From the NCBI GenBank assembly GCA_963668675.2, contig CAXXMB010000001.1, positions 1,536,001 to 1,600,000 on the forward strand: a DNA stretch of 64,000 bases. The letters run 5' to 3'. This document shows, piece after piece, positions 48,083-56,690 of the stretch (positions are counted from its first letter, which is position 1; each line of letters opens with the position of its first letter). Source of the stretch: an uncultured Desulfatitalea sp. GTDB lineage: Bacteria; Desulfobacterota; Desulfobacteria; Desulfobacterales; Desulfosarcinaceae. The translations under genes were made by a program, and so were the position numbers. Under the pieces are notes generated by a model. The model did no database searches, had not been told where the DNA came from, and saw nothing but the letters and a program-made list of their open reading frames with translations.

Positions 48083-48146
48083 GACATGTAAAAAATAAAA
48101 TTGACATAAAGATTTACATTGACATTTACATGTCGCCAACTATAGT
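48083..48146 (+). promoter_or_regulatory. lexA promoter overlapped by candidate operator repeats
   Basis: TTGACA (48119-48124), 16-nt spacer, TATAGT (48141-48146). TT(G/T)ACAT at 48101, 48113, 48119, 48125. Perfect 10-bp inverted pair gacatgtaaa (48083) / tttacatgtc (48125). Confidence 0.65.
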
Positions 48147-48174
48147 GAAACAAACCACGAAAAACGGAGTGACA

Positions 48175-48801
48175 ATGCAACCACAGCTTACCCCCAAACA
48201 GCAGCAGCTCTTCGACTACCTGGGCCAGGTGATCGACCGCGACGGAAGGGCTCCCAGCCTGCGGGAGGCTGCCGCCGATCTGGGTGTCAGCCATGCGGCC
48301 ATCGCCCAGGGGCTCAGGGCCCTGGAAGAGAAGGGATACGTGATGCGCGAGGGGCGCTACAGCCGGACCCTTTACCTGCTCAATCCGGCCCAGCAGCCCG
48401 TGGCATCGCACCGCTGGCGCGAAGTTCCCATCATCGGCCGGGTCACCGCCGGCCTGCCCATGTACGCCCAGCAGGAGTGGGACGGCACAGTGGTCGTGGA
48501 CGCCGCCCTGTACAAGGCGCAGCACCTGTTTGCCCTGCGGGTGCGCGGCGACTCCATGCGGGAGGCCGCCATTCTGGACGGCGATCTGGCCATCTGCACG
48601 CCGCGCCAGTACGCCAGCAACGGCGAAATCGTGGTGGCCCTGGTGCACGGCGAAGAGGCCACGGTCAAGCGCTTCTTCCTGCGTAAAAAACGCATCGAGC
48701 TGCGACCGGAAAACCCCGACTTCAAACCCATGTTTTACAGCTTTGACGAGGTGCTGGTGCAGGGCAAGGTGATCGGCATCCAACGCACGACGGTTGCGTA
48801 G
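48175..48801 (+). CDS. lexA: SOS repressor LexA
   Basis: LTPKQ...PSLRE...LRALEEKGY winged HTH, Ala-Gly cleavage site GRVTAGLP, catalytic Ser GDSM and Lys ATVKRF. ATG 48175 behind GGAG. Confidence 0.93.
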   Translation: MQPQLTPKQQQLFDYLGQVIDRDGRAPSLREAAADLGVSHAAIAQGLRALEEKGYVMREGRYSRTLYLLNPAQQPVASHRWREVPIIGRVTAGLPMYAQQEWDGTVVVDAALYKAQHLFALRVRGDSMREAAILDGDLAICTPRQYASNGEIVVALVHGEEATVKRFFLRKKRIELRPENPDFKPMFYSFDEVLVQGKVIGIQRTTVA

Positions 48802-48944
48802 AACCTATCTCAAAAAAGTCTTTTGGCCCAATATCTTTGTTGGCTCCCCGTTTCAAGTCCTCGACATACTCGAGTATGCCTGCGGGTTGAACACGTGAAG
48901 CCGCCGCAATCTTGAACCAAAATCCGTTTTTGAAATAGGTTCTA
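48799..48944. mobile_element. 146-bp MITE-like element with 18-bp terminal inverted repeats, bounded by TA
   Basis: tagaacctatctcaaaaa ... tttttgaaataggttcta (17/18 match); internal palindrome catactcgagtatg; no transposase. Confidence 0.78.
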
Positions 48945-48981
48945 TTACCATCCGACGAAGGGGAGAAGACGATAGCGATCC

Positions 48982-49821
48982 ATGGCGACACCGGCAACCA
49001 CCCATTCGTCCACCGCCTGCCAGCTGCGGGTGGGGACCAGCGGCTACTCCTATCCCGAATGGAGCGATGCCGGATTCTATCCGCCGGGCACCCCGGCGCG
49101 GGACATGCTGCCGCTCTATGCCCGTCAATTCAGCGTCACCGAACTCAACTACACTTGGTACCAGATGCCCAAGGCTGCGGCCATGGAGCGCATGATTCCC
49201 AGAGTACCCGCCAGCTTCGGGTTCGCGGCCAAACTGACCCGCACCATGACCCATGAGATCGATCCTCACGGCTGGCGCGGCAAAGCGGCCCAGTTCCGTG
49301 AAGGCATCGCCCCGCTGGTGCAGGCTGAGCGGCTGTTGGCCGTTTTGATCCAGCTGCCCCCCTCGTTCGAGCGCAGCCACGCCAACCGCCGCTACCTGGC
49401 CCACCTGCTGGACGCCCTGGCCGGCCTGCCCCTGGCGGTCGAGTTCCGCAACCGCACCTGGGCCGTGGAGCGGGTGTTTGACGAACTGCAGCGGCGGCGG
49501 GTCACCCTGGTGGCCGTGGATATGCCCGAACTGTCCTACCTCTTCCCCACCCTGGATGTGGTCACCAATCCGGACCTGCTCTACATCCGCTTTCACGGGC
49601 GCAATGACCGGGGTTGGCGCTCGGGCAACATGCAGAAGCAGTTCGACTATCTCTACAGCCCGGCCGAACTGCGGCAGTGGAGCGGAACGCTTCTGCCCAA
49701 AATGGCAGCACAGGCAAACAGCGGCATCATCTTTTTCAACAACCACGTGCGTGCCCAGGCACCGCAAAATGCCAGAACGCTCATGGCGCAACTGAACTCA
49801 CCAAATGATGCCGAACGATAA
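48982..49821 (+). CDS. DUF72 (YecE-like) protein
   Basis: VGTSGYSYPEW, FYP, ELNYTWY, LIQLPPSF, AVEFRN, YIRFHGRN, YLYS, FFNNH. Confidence 0.9.
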   Translation: MATPATTHSSTACQLRVGTSGYSYPEWSDAGFYPPGTPARDMLPLYARQFSVTELNYTWYQMPKAAAMERMIPRVPASFGFAAKLTRTMTHEIDPHGWRGKAAQFREGIAPLVQAERLLAVLIQLPPSFERSHANRRYLAHLLDALAGLPLAVEFRNRTWAVERVFDELQRRRVTLVAVDMPELSYLFPTLDVVTNPDLLYIRFHGRNDRGWRSGNMQKQFDYLYSPAELRQWSGTLLPKMAAQANSGIIFFNNHVRAQAPQNARTLMAQLNSPNDAER

Positions 49822-50993
49822 TGGACCGCGACATCATTCATATCAACGTAGCCGATTTTGCCGTGGCGGTGGAGCGCCGTCTGGACCGACGCCTGGCCGA
49901 ACGGCCGCTGGTCATCGCCCCTGAGGGGGCGGCCCGGGCCACCGTCTACGACATGAGCGAAGAGGCCTACCAAACCGGCGTGCGCAAAGGCATGCCCCTG
50001 GGCCGGGCCACACGCCTCTGCCACGATCTGATCGTCCGGCCACCCCAGCCGGCCCGCTACGAACAGGCCATGCGCAGCCTGCTGCACCAGGCCCTGCCCT
50101 ACTCCCCCCTCATCGAACCAGGGGACCATGACGGCCATCTCTTCGTTGATGTCACCGGCACCAGCCGGCTGTTCGGCCCGCCCGTGGATGTGGCCTGGCG
50201 CCTGCGCCGCCAAACCCTAAAGGAGTTGGGATTGGACCCCATCTGGGCCCTGGCGGCAAACAAGCTCGTCGCCAAAGTGGCCTCGCGGCTGGTCAAACCC
50301 CATGGCGAGTATATCGTGGCGCCGGGTGACGAGGAGGCCTTTCTGGCCCCCCTGCCCGTGTGGCTCGTGCCCGGCGTCGAAGGGCCGGACCTGACCCGGC
50401 TGCACGAATTGAACCTGACCCGGGTCCATCAGGTGAGCGGCCTGGGTGCGGCCCGTCTGGAGGTGGCCCTGGGGCGGCCGGCCGGCCATATAGACGAGGC
50501 CCTGCGCGGCATCGACGCCACCCCGGTGTTGTCGGTCGATCAGAAACCGCCACGGGTCGTCCTGGACCACACCTTCGGCACCGATGTGCACACCTACGCG
50601 GCGATGGAGGCTCGGCTCTATGCCCTGGCCGAGACGGCCGGCCGACGCCTGCGCCGACAGGGACGGGCGGCCCGCCGCATTGTCGTGGCAGCGGACTACA
50701 GCGACGGCCGACGCTGCGTCCGCCAGCTCCGCTTGGAACCGCCCACGGCAAACGACCTGGTCCTCTTCCCGGCCGCCCGGCGCGCCCTGCACCTGGCCGT
50801 CACCCGGCGTACCCGGGTCCGTCACCTGCGCTTGATCTGCGACCGCCTGGTCTTTCCGCCGGCCCAACTGCCGATTTTCCAGGACGAACGACGCATCGCA
50901 CTGCGGCAAAGCAGCCTGATCGCGGTCATGGACAAGGTTCGTGACCGCTTCGGTGGACAGGCGGTCCGCATGGGCAGCGCATGGGCAGGTTAA
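49821..50993 (+). CDS. imuB: ImuB-like Y-family polymerase homolog, probably catalytically inactive
   Basis: IIHINVADFAVAVE (Asn at the DinB catalytic Asp), EPGDHDGHLFVD (no SxDE), NKLVAKVAS, clamp motif QLPIF, DKVRDRFG. Confidence 0.75.
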   Translation: MDRDIIHINVADFAVAVERRLDRRLAERPLVIAPEGAARATVYDMSEEAYQTGVRKGMPLGRATRLCHDLIVRPPQPARYEQAMRSLLHQALPYSPLIEPGDHDGHLFVDVTGTSRLFGPPVDVAWRLRRQTLKELGLDPIWALAANKLVAKVASRLVKPHGEYIVAPGDEEAFLAPLPVWLVPGVEGPDLTRLHELNLTRVHQVSGLGAARLEVALGRPAGHIDEALRGIDATPVLSVDQKPPRVVLDHTFGTDVHTYAAMEARLYALAETAGRRLRRQGRAARRIVVAADYSDGRRCVRQLRLEPPTANDLVLFPAARRALHLAVTRRTRVRHLRLICDRLVFPPAQLPIFQDERRIALRQSSLIAVMDKVRDRFGGQAVRMGSAWAG

Positions 50994-50994
50994 A

Positions 50995-53985
50995 ATGGTT
51001 CCCCTAACAGTTCGCTCACACTACTCGCTCATGTGGGGCACGGCCTCGATCCCGAACCTCTGTCGAACGGCCCGCCGACTGGGGTACGACCGGCTGGCGC
51101 TGACCGACACCGACAACCTCTACGGCCTGTGGCCCTTTCTGGCCGCCTGCCGCAGGGAGGGATTGACCCCCATCATCGGGGCCGAAGTCACCGACCCCGT
51201 CCGACCGCACCGCGCCGTCTGCATCGTGACCGACAGCACCGGTTATACCAATTTGTGCCACCTGCTCACCCGGCGCCATATGGACGAGGCGTTCAATCTT
51301 GCCGAATCGCTACCGGCTCACCATCAGGGACTCATCGTACTCACCTCCGATGCCGGTCTGCTCACGAGTTGGCATCGAACCGGCGTGCAGGTATACGCCG
51401 CCATGCCGCGCACGCCCATTTCACCCACACACCCCTTGCGGCAACACGCCCGCACCATGGGAGTTCCCCTGGTGGCCACACCGGGCAGCTTTTTCCTGAC
51501 ATCCGAAGAGCACCGCTGCCATCGCCTGCTGCGGGCCATCGATCAAAACAGCACCTTCGAACGATTGAAAAGCGGTCAGGTAGCGCCGGCCAACGCCTGG
51601 CTGGCCGCACCGGATGTCTATGACCAACGGTTTGCCGCCTGCCCGGAAGCCGTTGCCCAGACACACCTGCTGGCCGAACAGATCACCTTCACCGGCCCCG
51701 ATTTCGGCCTGGTCATGCCGCCCTGGCAGGACGCCCACGGTCGGACGGCTGACCAAGCGCTGCGCAAGGCAGCCTACCAGGGAGCCCACCGGCGCTACGG
51801 CCGGGACCTGACCGAACCGGTGGTCGACCGCCTGGAGCACGAGCTGCACACCATCGCCCGCATGAACTTCTGCGCCTACTTCCTCATCGTTCGCGATATC
51901 GTCCAACGCAGCCCCCGTACTTGCGGCCGCGGATCGGGGGCCGCCTCGCTGGTGGCCTACTGCCTCGGCATCACCAATGTCTGCCCGATCAAACACAACC
52001 TCTATTTCGGCCGCTTCCTCAATCCGGGCCGCAAGGACGCGCCCGATATCGACGTGGATTTTGCCTGGGACGAACGCGATGCCGTTATCCATAGCGTCCT
52101 CGACCAGTACGGTGTGCAGGCGGCCATGGTCTCCAGCCACATTCTGTTTCAGCCTCGCATGGCGGTGCGGGAAACCGCCAAGGTGTTCGGCCTGACAGAG
52201 GGGGAGATCGGCCAGGTCACCAAACGGCTGCCCTGGTTCTGGCGCGTGCGCGCCGGGAAAGAGGATCTTCTGGACGACCTGAAAGAGCGACCGGAGGCCA
52301 AGGCCCTCGATTTTCTCCACCCCTGGCCCGAAATCCTCTCCCTGGCCCAGCAGCTGATCGGAAAGCCCCGCTACCTGTCGGTCCATCCGGGGGGCGTGGT
52401 CATCACTCCGCGTCCCATCCAGGAGTATGTTCCGGTCCAACGGGCCGCCAAGGGCGTCCCCATCATCCAGTGGGAAAAGGACGCCACCGAAACCGCCGGT
52501 CTGGTCAAAATCGACCTTCTGGGCAACCGCAGCCTGGGGGTCATTCGCGACGCTATGGGTAACGTTCGAAACAACGGTATTGCGTTCGACGAATACGGCT
52601 GGGAACCCGAAGACGATCCAGCCACCCAGGAGTCCTTGGCCCAGGGCCGCACCATGGGGTGCTTTTACATCGAAAGCCCGGCCATGCGCCTGCTGCAGCA
52701 AAAGGCCGGCGTGGGTGATTTCGAACACCTGGTGATCCATTCAAGTATTATCCGGCCGGCGGCCAACGAGTTCATTCAAGAGTATATCCGTCGCCTGCAG
52801 GGCGGATCGTGGACGTCGATCCACCCCCTGCTCGACGATGTGCTCGAGGAGACCTTCGGCATCATGGTCTACCAGGAGGATGTCTCCCGGGCCGCCATGG
52901 CCTTGGCCGGATTCGACGACGACGCTGCCGACGGCCTGCGCAAAGTGATGTCCAAAAAAGACCGTGAACACCAACTGCAGGACTATTACCAGCGTTTTGT
53001 CAAAGGGGCGCGGCATGAGGGCGTCGCACCGGCGCAGATCGAAGCGGTGTGGGCCATGATGATGAGCTTTTCGGGCTACTCGTTCTGCAAGCCCCACAGC
53101 GCCTCCTACGCGCGGGTCTCATTTCAAGCCGCCTATCTCAAGGTCCACTTCCCCGCCGAGTTCATGGCTGCGGTGATCAGCAACCGGGGCGGCTTTTACA
53201 GCACCTTCGCCTATGTCTCCGAAGCGCGGCGCCTGGGGGTCGTCATCCAACCGCCGGATGTTTGCTGCAGTCAAATCCACTGGATCGGCCGGCAGGGGAA
53301 GATACGGGTCGGCCTGATGGCCATCAAAGGCATCAGCGCTGAAACGTCCCGGCGAATCATCGGCCAACGCGAGCGCCGGTCCTTTGCAAATCCCACCGAT
53401 TTTTTCAGGCGTGTTCGACCGGACGAGGCCGAAGCCCGGGCGCTCATCCTGTGCGGTGCCCTGGACGCTCTCTCCCCCGATCTCTCCCGGGCCCAATTGC
53501 TGTGGCTCTTGGCCCAGTGGCGGGCCGACCGCAACGCCGCCGCCAGCGCCCCCGACCTGTTCGCCGAACAGGGTTTACTTCCGCCGCCGGTGTGGCCGCC
53601 CGATGCCCCCCGGGAGCGGCTGCGCCGGGAGTTCAGCGTATTGGGGTTTCTATGCGACCGTCACCCCATGACCCTGTTCAAACGGGCAGCGCATCGGGCC
53701 AGGGCCATCGAGGCGCGCGAGGTCGTGCGCCGGGTGGGGCGCCGGGTCAAGTTCGCCGGCTGGCTGATCACCGGCAAGGTGGTACACACCAAGCGGGGCG
53801 ATCCCATGGAGTTTCTCACCTTCGAAGACGACACCGGGGTACTGGAAACCACCTTCTTTCCCAGGGCCTACGACCGATTCTGCCACCTGCTCGACCGCGG
53901 CAGGCCCTACCTGCTCGACGGACTGGTCGAGCAGAACTGGGGGGCGGCCACCCTGACGGTGGACCGCGTGCGGCCCCTCTCCTGA
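50995..53985 (+). CDS. dnaE2: Error-prone DNA polymerase III alpha (DnaE2/ImuC)
   Basis: GRGSGAASLVAYCLGIT, PDIDVDF, HPGGVV, KIDLLGNR, YSFCKPHS, C-terminal OB fold FLTFEDDTG; degenerate PHP; located in a lexA cassette. Confidence 0.88.
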   Translation: MVPLTVRSHYSLMWGTASIPNLCRTARRLGYDRLALTDTDNLYGLWPFLAACRREGLTPIIGAEVTDPVRPHRAVCIVTDSTGYTNLCHLLTRRHMDEAFNLAESLPAHHQGLIVLTSDAGLLTSWHRTGVQVYAAMPRTPISPTHPLRQHARTMGVPLVATPGSFFLTSEEHRCHRLLRAIDQNSTFERLKSGQVAPANAWLAAPDVYDQRFAACPEAVAQTHLLAEQITFTGPDFGLVMPPWQDAHGRTADQALRKAAYQGAHRRYGRDLTEPVVDRLEHELHTIARMNFCAYFLIVRDIVQRSPRTCGRGSGAASLVAYCLGITNVCPIKHNLYFGRFLNPGRKDAPDIDVDFAWDERDAVIHSVLDQYGVQAAMVSSHILFQPRMAVRETAKVFGLTEGEIGQVTKRLPWFWRVRAGKEDLLDDLKERPEAKALDFLHPWPEILSLAQQLIGKPRYLSVHPGGVVITPRPIQEYVPVQRAAKGVPIIQWEKDATETAGLVKIDLLGNRSLGVIRDAMGNVRNNGIAFDEYGWEPEDDPATQESLAQGRTMGCFYIESPAMRLLQQKAGVGDFEHLVIHSSIIRPAANEFIQEYIRRLQGGSWTSIHPLLDDVLEETFGIMVYQEDVSRAAMALAGFDDDAADGLRKVMSKKDREHQLQDYYQRFVKGARHEGVAPAQIEAVWAMMMSFSGYSFCKPHSASYARVSFQAAYLKVHFPAEFMAAVISNRGGFYSTFAYVSEARRLGVVIQPPDVCCSQIHWIGRQGKIRVGLMAIKGISAETSRRIIGQRERRSFANPTDFFRRVRPDEAEARALILCGALDALSPDLSRAQLLWLLAQWRADRNAAASAPDLFAEQGLLPPPVWPPDAPRERLRREFSVLGFLCDRHPMTLFKRAAHRARAIEAREVVRRVGRRVKFAGWLITGKVVHTKRGDPMEFLTFEDDTGVLETTFFPRAYDRFCHLLDRGRPYLLDGLVEQNWGAATLTVDRVRPLS

Positions 53986-54067
53986 ACAGCTAAGGCTGAA
54001 ACGATACAATGTTTTTCTTGCCCGGCACCCCCTAACAGGTTAAAACCCTAAAGGATTCCTCATTTCA

Positions 54068-55864
54068 ATGAAGCGCAGAGAGCTTACAAAAATGATCCCC
54101 TTCGAACAGATTAAACGCTTTTACGAAGAGCACCTGCCCGACGCCACCTGGAAAGGACACCACCTGGTGGCGCCCTGCCCTTTCTGCTCTACCGGGCAGA
54201 ACACTTCCCGGGGCCGGCTCACGGTTCTGCTCAAACCCGACAGCTATTTCCGCGGACTGTTCAAATGCCGGTCCGGATGCAATGCCGGTGGCTACCACCT
54301 CCACTTTGCCCGCATGCTGGGCATCGACGCCCGCCTTGTACCTGGTTTCGACCCGGATCACGAAGGGTATGCCGCTACCACCCAATACCCTTCCCGACAC
54401 CTGGGTTCGGAGATGGAAAAATTCAGCTCGCTCATGAGCGAGCAGCAGTATGACGACTTTGCGCGCTACCAGGTCTCAAAACCGACCCTCGATGCCATGC
54501 AGATTGGTTTCAACGGCCGTTACCTGGTCCACCCCTACATCCAGGAAAATGGGTTTGCCTATGCGGCACGGTGCGTCATGCCAGGCAGGCAACAGGACTT
54601 TTTCTGGCACGGAAACGAGGCCTTTTTCAGTGGTGAGGCGGCCATCTACAATGCGGCCGAAATTGGACGCAGCGAGGGTGGTGCCCTGTTCATCACTGAA
54701 GGCGAATTGAGCCAATTGATTCTTCACTCAATGGGTTATCCGGCCATTGCCGTTCCCAATGCAGATGCCCTCAACGAGTTAAATCCCGAGCGCCTGGAGC
54801 GCATCGAACATCTTTTTATTCTGGTGACCAACACCCCGGAGGCCCGACAGGCGGCCCGGCAATTTGCCGTTCGCCTTGGCTTCAAAGCAAGAATTCTCAC
54901 CTGGCCCGGGCAACTCAAACGCGGCGATCATCTTCCCCAACTGGCCCTCCATCCCGATGTTGAGCTCAAAAAGGCGATCCAGGGAATGATCCGGCAATCC
55001 AAGGCGTTCTCGCCCTTTCCCTCGTCAGAGAGGGAGCACAGTCACTTCATCACGTTTCTCGACCAGCAAAAGGGAAAGGAGATGCCGGGCATCCAGACCG
55101 GTTTTGGCAAACTGGACACTCATACCGATGGGCTGAGGGGCATTAACATCCTGGGCGGACCGCCTAAGGCGGGCAAGTCCTGCTTTTTCATGCAGGTCTC
55201 ATCCGAAGTGGCCCGTCGCAAGGTGCCGGTGATCTACTACGACTTTGAAAACGGACGGCAAAAGGTCTACTCGCGCACCCTGGTGCGCCTGAGCAATGTG
55301 TCCGAAAAAAAGATGCGAAACGGGGCGTTGAAACCTGAGGAGGCCGAACAGCTGAAAAAAGGGCATGTGGCGTTCAGGAACCTACTCTCCTATTTCAGGG
55401 TGGTCAACGACCGTCAGCTCTCTCCAGACACCATGCGGCGCCATATCGATTTTATCAAACACGAAACCGGACAGGATGACCTGCTGGTGGTGGTGGACAG
55501 CCTGCACAAGTTGCCGTTCAAGGATCTGACCGAACGGCGCACAGGCATCGACTCCTGGCTGAGGCAGTTCGAAGCGATTCGCGACGAGAACCAGGTCTGT
55601 TTTCTGGTCATCAGCGAGCTTAGCCGAGGTAAGGGAGGCGGCTATGGCGAGACACCGGACTTGAGCTCTTTTAAAGAGTCCGGTGATATTGAGTACAGTG
55701 CCGATAACGCTTTCATCCTCATGCCCAATTGGGATCCCCTGTCGCCAACGGTGGCGTCCCAACGAACCAGCAATCTGTGGATTGTGGCCAGCCGCGAGGC
55801 CAATCCCGGCAAGGTCGCCGAATATGAACTGGACTATCCTTTCTGGCGCTTCAAGGAGCTGTAA
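54068..55864 (+). CDS. Primase-helicase-like fusion (Zn finger, degenerate TOPRIM, DnaB/SF4 helicase)
   Basis: APCPFC...FKCRSGC, LFITEGE, Walker A GGPPKAGKS, YYDFEN, VVVDSLH, ISELSR, FKESGDIEYSAD. Confidence 0.8.
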   Translation: MKRRELTKMIPFEQIKRFYEEHLPDATWKGHHLVAPCPFCSTGQNTSRGRLTVLLKPDSYFRGLFKCRSGCNAGGYHLHFARMLGIDARLVPGFDPDHEGYAATTQYPSRHLGSEMEKFSSLMSEQQYDDFARYQVSKPTLDAMQIGFNGRYLVHPYIQENGFAYAARCVMPGRQQDFFWHGNEAFFSGEAAIYNAAEIGRSEGGALFITEGELSQLILHSMGYPAIAVPNADALNELNPERLERIEHLFILVTNTPEARQAARQFAVRLGFKARILTWPGQLKRGDHLPQLALHPDVELKKAIQGMIRQSKAFSPFPSSEREHSHFITFLDQQKGKEMPGIQTGFGKLDTHTDGLRGINILGGPPKAGKSCFFMQVSSEVARRKVPVIYYDFENGRQKVYSRTLVRLSNVSEKKMRNGALKPEEAEQLKKGHVAFRNLLSYFRVVNDRQLSPDTMRRHIDFIKHETGQDDLLVVVDSLHKLPFKDLTERRTGIDSWLRQFEAIRDENQVCFLVISELSRGKGGGYGETPDLSSFKESGDIEYSADNAFILMPNWDPLSPTVASQRTSNLWIVASREANPGKVAEYELDYPFWRFKEL

Positions 55865-55873
55865 TCAATTCTC

Positions 55874-56314
55874 ATGAAGCAGATGGATCAGCATATTAAA
55901 AAAGGCATTGAACAGGCCGTTTTGGATGAACCCTTTGCACGGGCGCTCAAGATCTCCCTCAAAGCGCTTTCGCTGGGGCATTCGGTGGTGGAAATGGTCT
56001 ATGAACCGGCGCTGATGGACAATATTTATGCCCGTGCGCACGGTGGCGCCCTTTTCGCCCTCATCGACGAAGCGTTCGAGACCGCCTCACAGACTCACGG
56101 CATCATCGCCGTGGCGCTAAATGTTAACGTCACCTATATCCAATCACCTGAGCCTGGCGATCTTCTGCGGGCGCAAGCGAATGAAGTGGCGGCCACACGC
56201 AAGACAGCAACGTACGACATCAGAGTGACCAATGGTGAAGGGACCCTGATCGCCACCTGTCAGGCCCTGGCCTACCGGACAGGCATGCCCGTGCCATTTT
56301 CCTCCGCGCAGTGA
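55874..56314 (+). CDS. PaaI-family hotdog-fold thioesterase
   Basis: NIYARAHGGALFALIDEAF, LNVNVTY, ATYDIRV. Confidence 0.88.
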   Translation: MKQMDQHIKKGIEQAVLDEPFARALKISLKALSLGHSVVEMVYEPALMDNIYARAHGGALFALIDEAFETASQTHGIIAVALNVNVTYIQSPEPGDLLRAQANEVAATRKTATYDIRVTNGEGTLIATCQALAYRTGMPVPFSSAQ

Positions 56315-56460
56315 CCGGATCGAGCGCACGCTGAAATCGCCGAATCCCGTGCCATATCTCCTTCCAATAGAGAAAGATTAAAGCTCGCCCTACTAACCGC
56401 CGATAACCCACTATATCAGTGAATCAGGTGACCCAAAGGGACGGTTGACCTGGAATAGGA

Positions 56461-56634
56461 ATGATGAAACCAAAAGTGCTCATAATTCTCGCATGGATCT
56501 TCTTTGTTGCGGCGCGCCGTACCTCGGATGAGCTATGGTATTTCTGCATGGCCTACAGTCTTATCCTGGCCATCTGCTCGCTCTTCTATAGGAGAGAGAA
56601 GCGAGTAGTGATCCGTTCAAAATCAACTTCCTGA
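56461..56634 (+). CDS. Possible small hydrophobic protein (57 aa)
   Basis: Hand translation MMKPKVLIILAWIFFVAARRTSDELWYFCMAYSLILAICSLFYRREKRVVIRSKSTS; purine-rich GGAATAGGA upstream. Confidence 0.4.
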   Translation: MMKPKVLIILAWIFFVAARRTSDELWYFCMAYSLILAICSLFYRREKRVVIRSKSTS

Positions 56635-56690
56635 TCCTACTGATGCCCCTTATTTGTCACTTCGATCCAAAATGAAGTGGCCACTGTCGT

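Noticed and set aside
49821..50993. Active DNA polymerase IV (dinB)
   Set aside because: The catalytic Asp of motif I and the SxDE motif are absent; context fits ImuB.
50941..50994. Upstream extensions given by the ORF track (dnaE2 50941, lexA 48130, rplD 21166, rplJ 34341, rarA 44133, IMPase 57578)
   Set aside because: They overlap neighbouring genes or promoters or lack an SD. Downstream starts fit SD position and family N-termini better.
54068..55864. Prophage or integrated plasmid around the primase-helicase
   Set aside because: No integrase, structural or partition genes and no att repeats seen; the flanking genes are cellular.
56400..56460. Riboswitch upstream of the small ORF (caggtgaccc...gggacggttgacctg)
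   Set aside because: Only a modest hairpin; I could not match conserved motifs of any riboswitch class.
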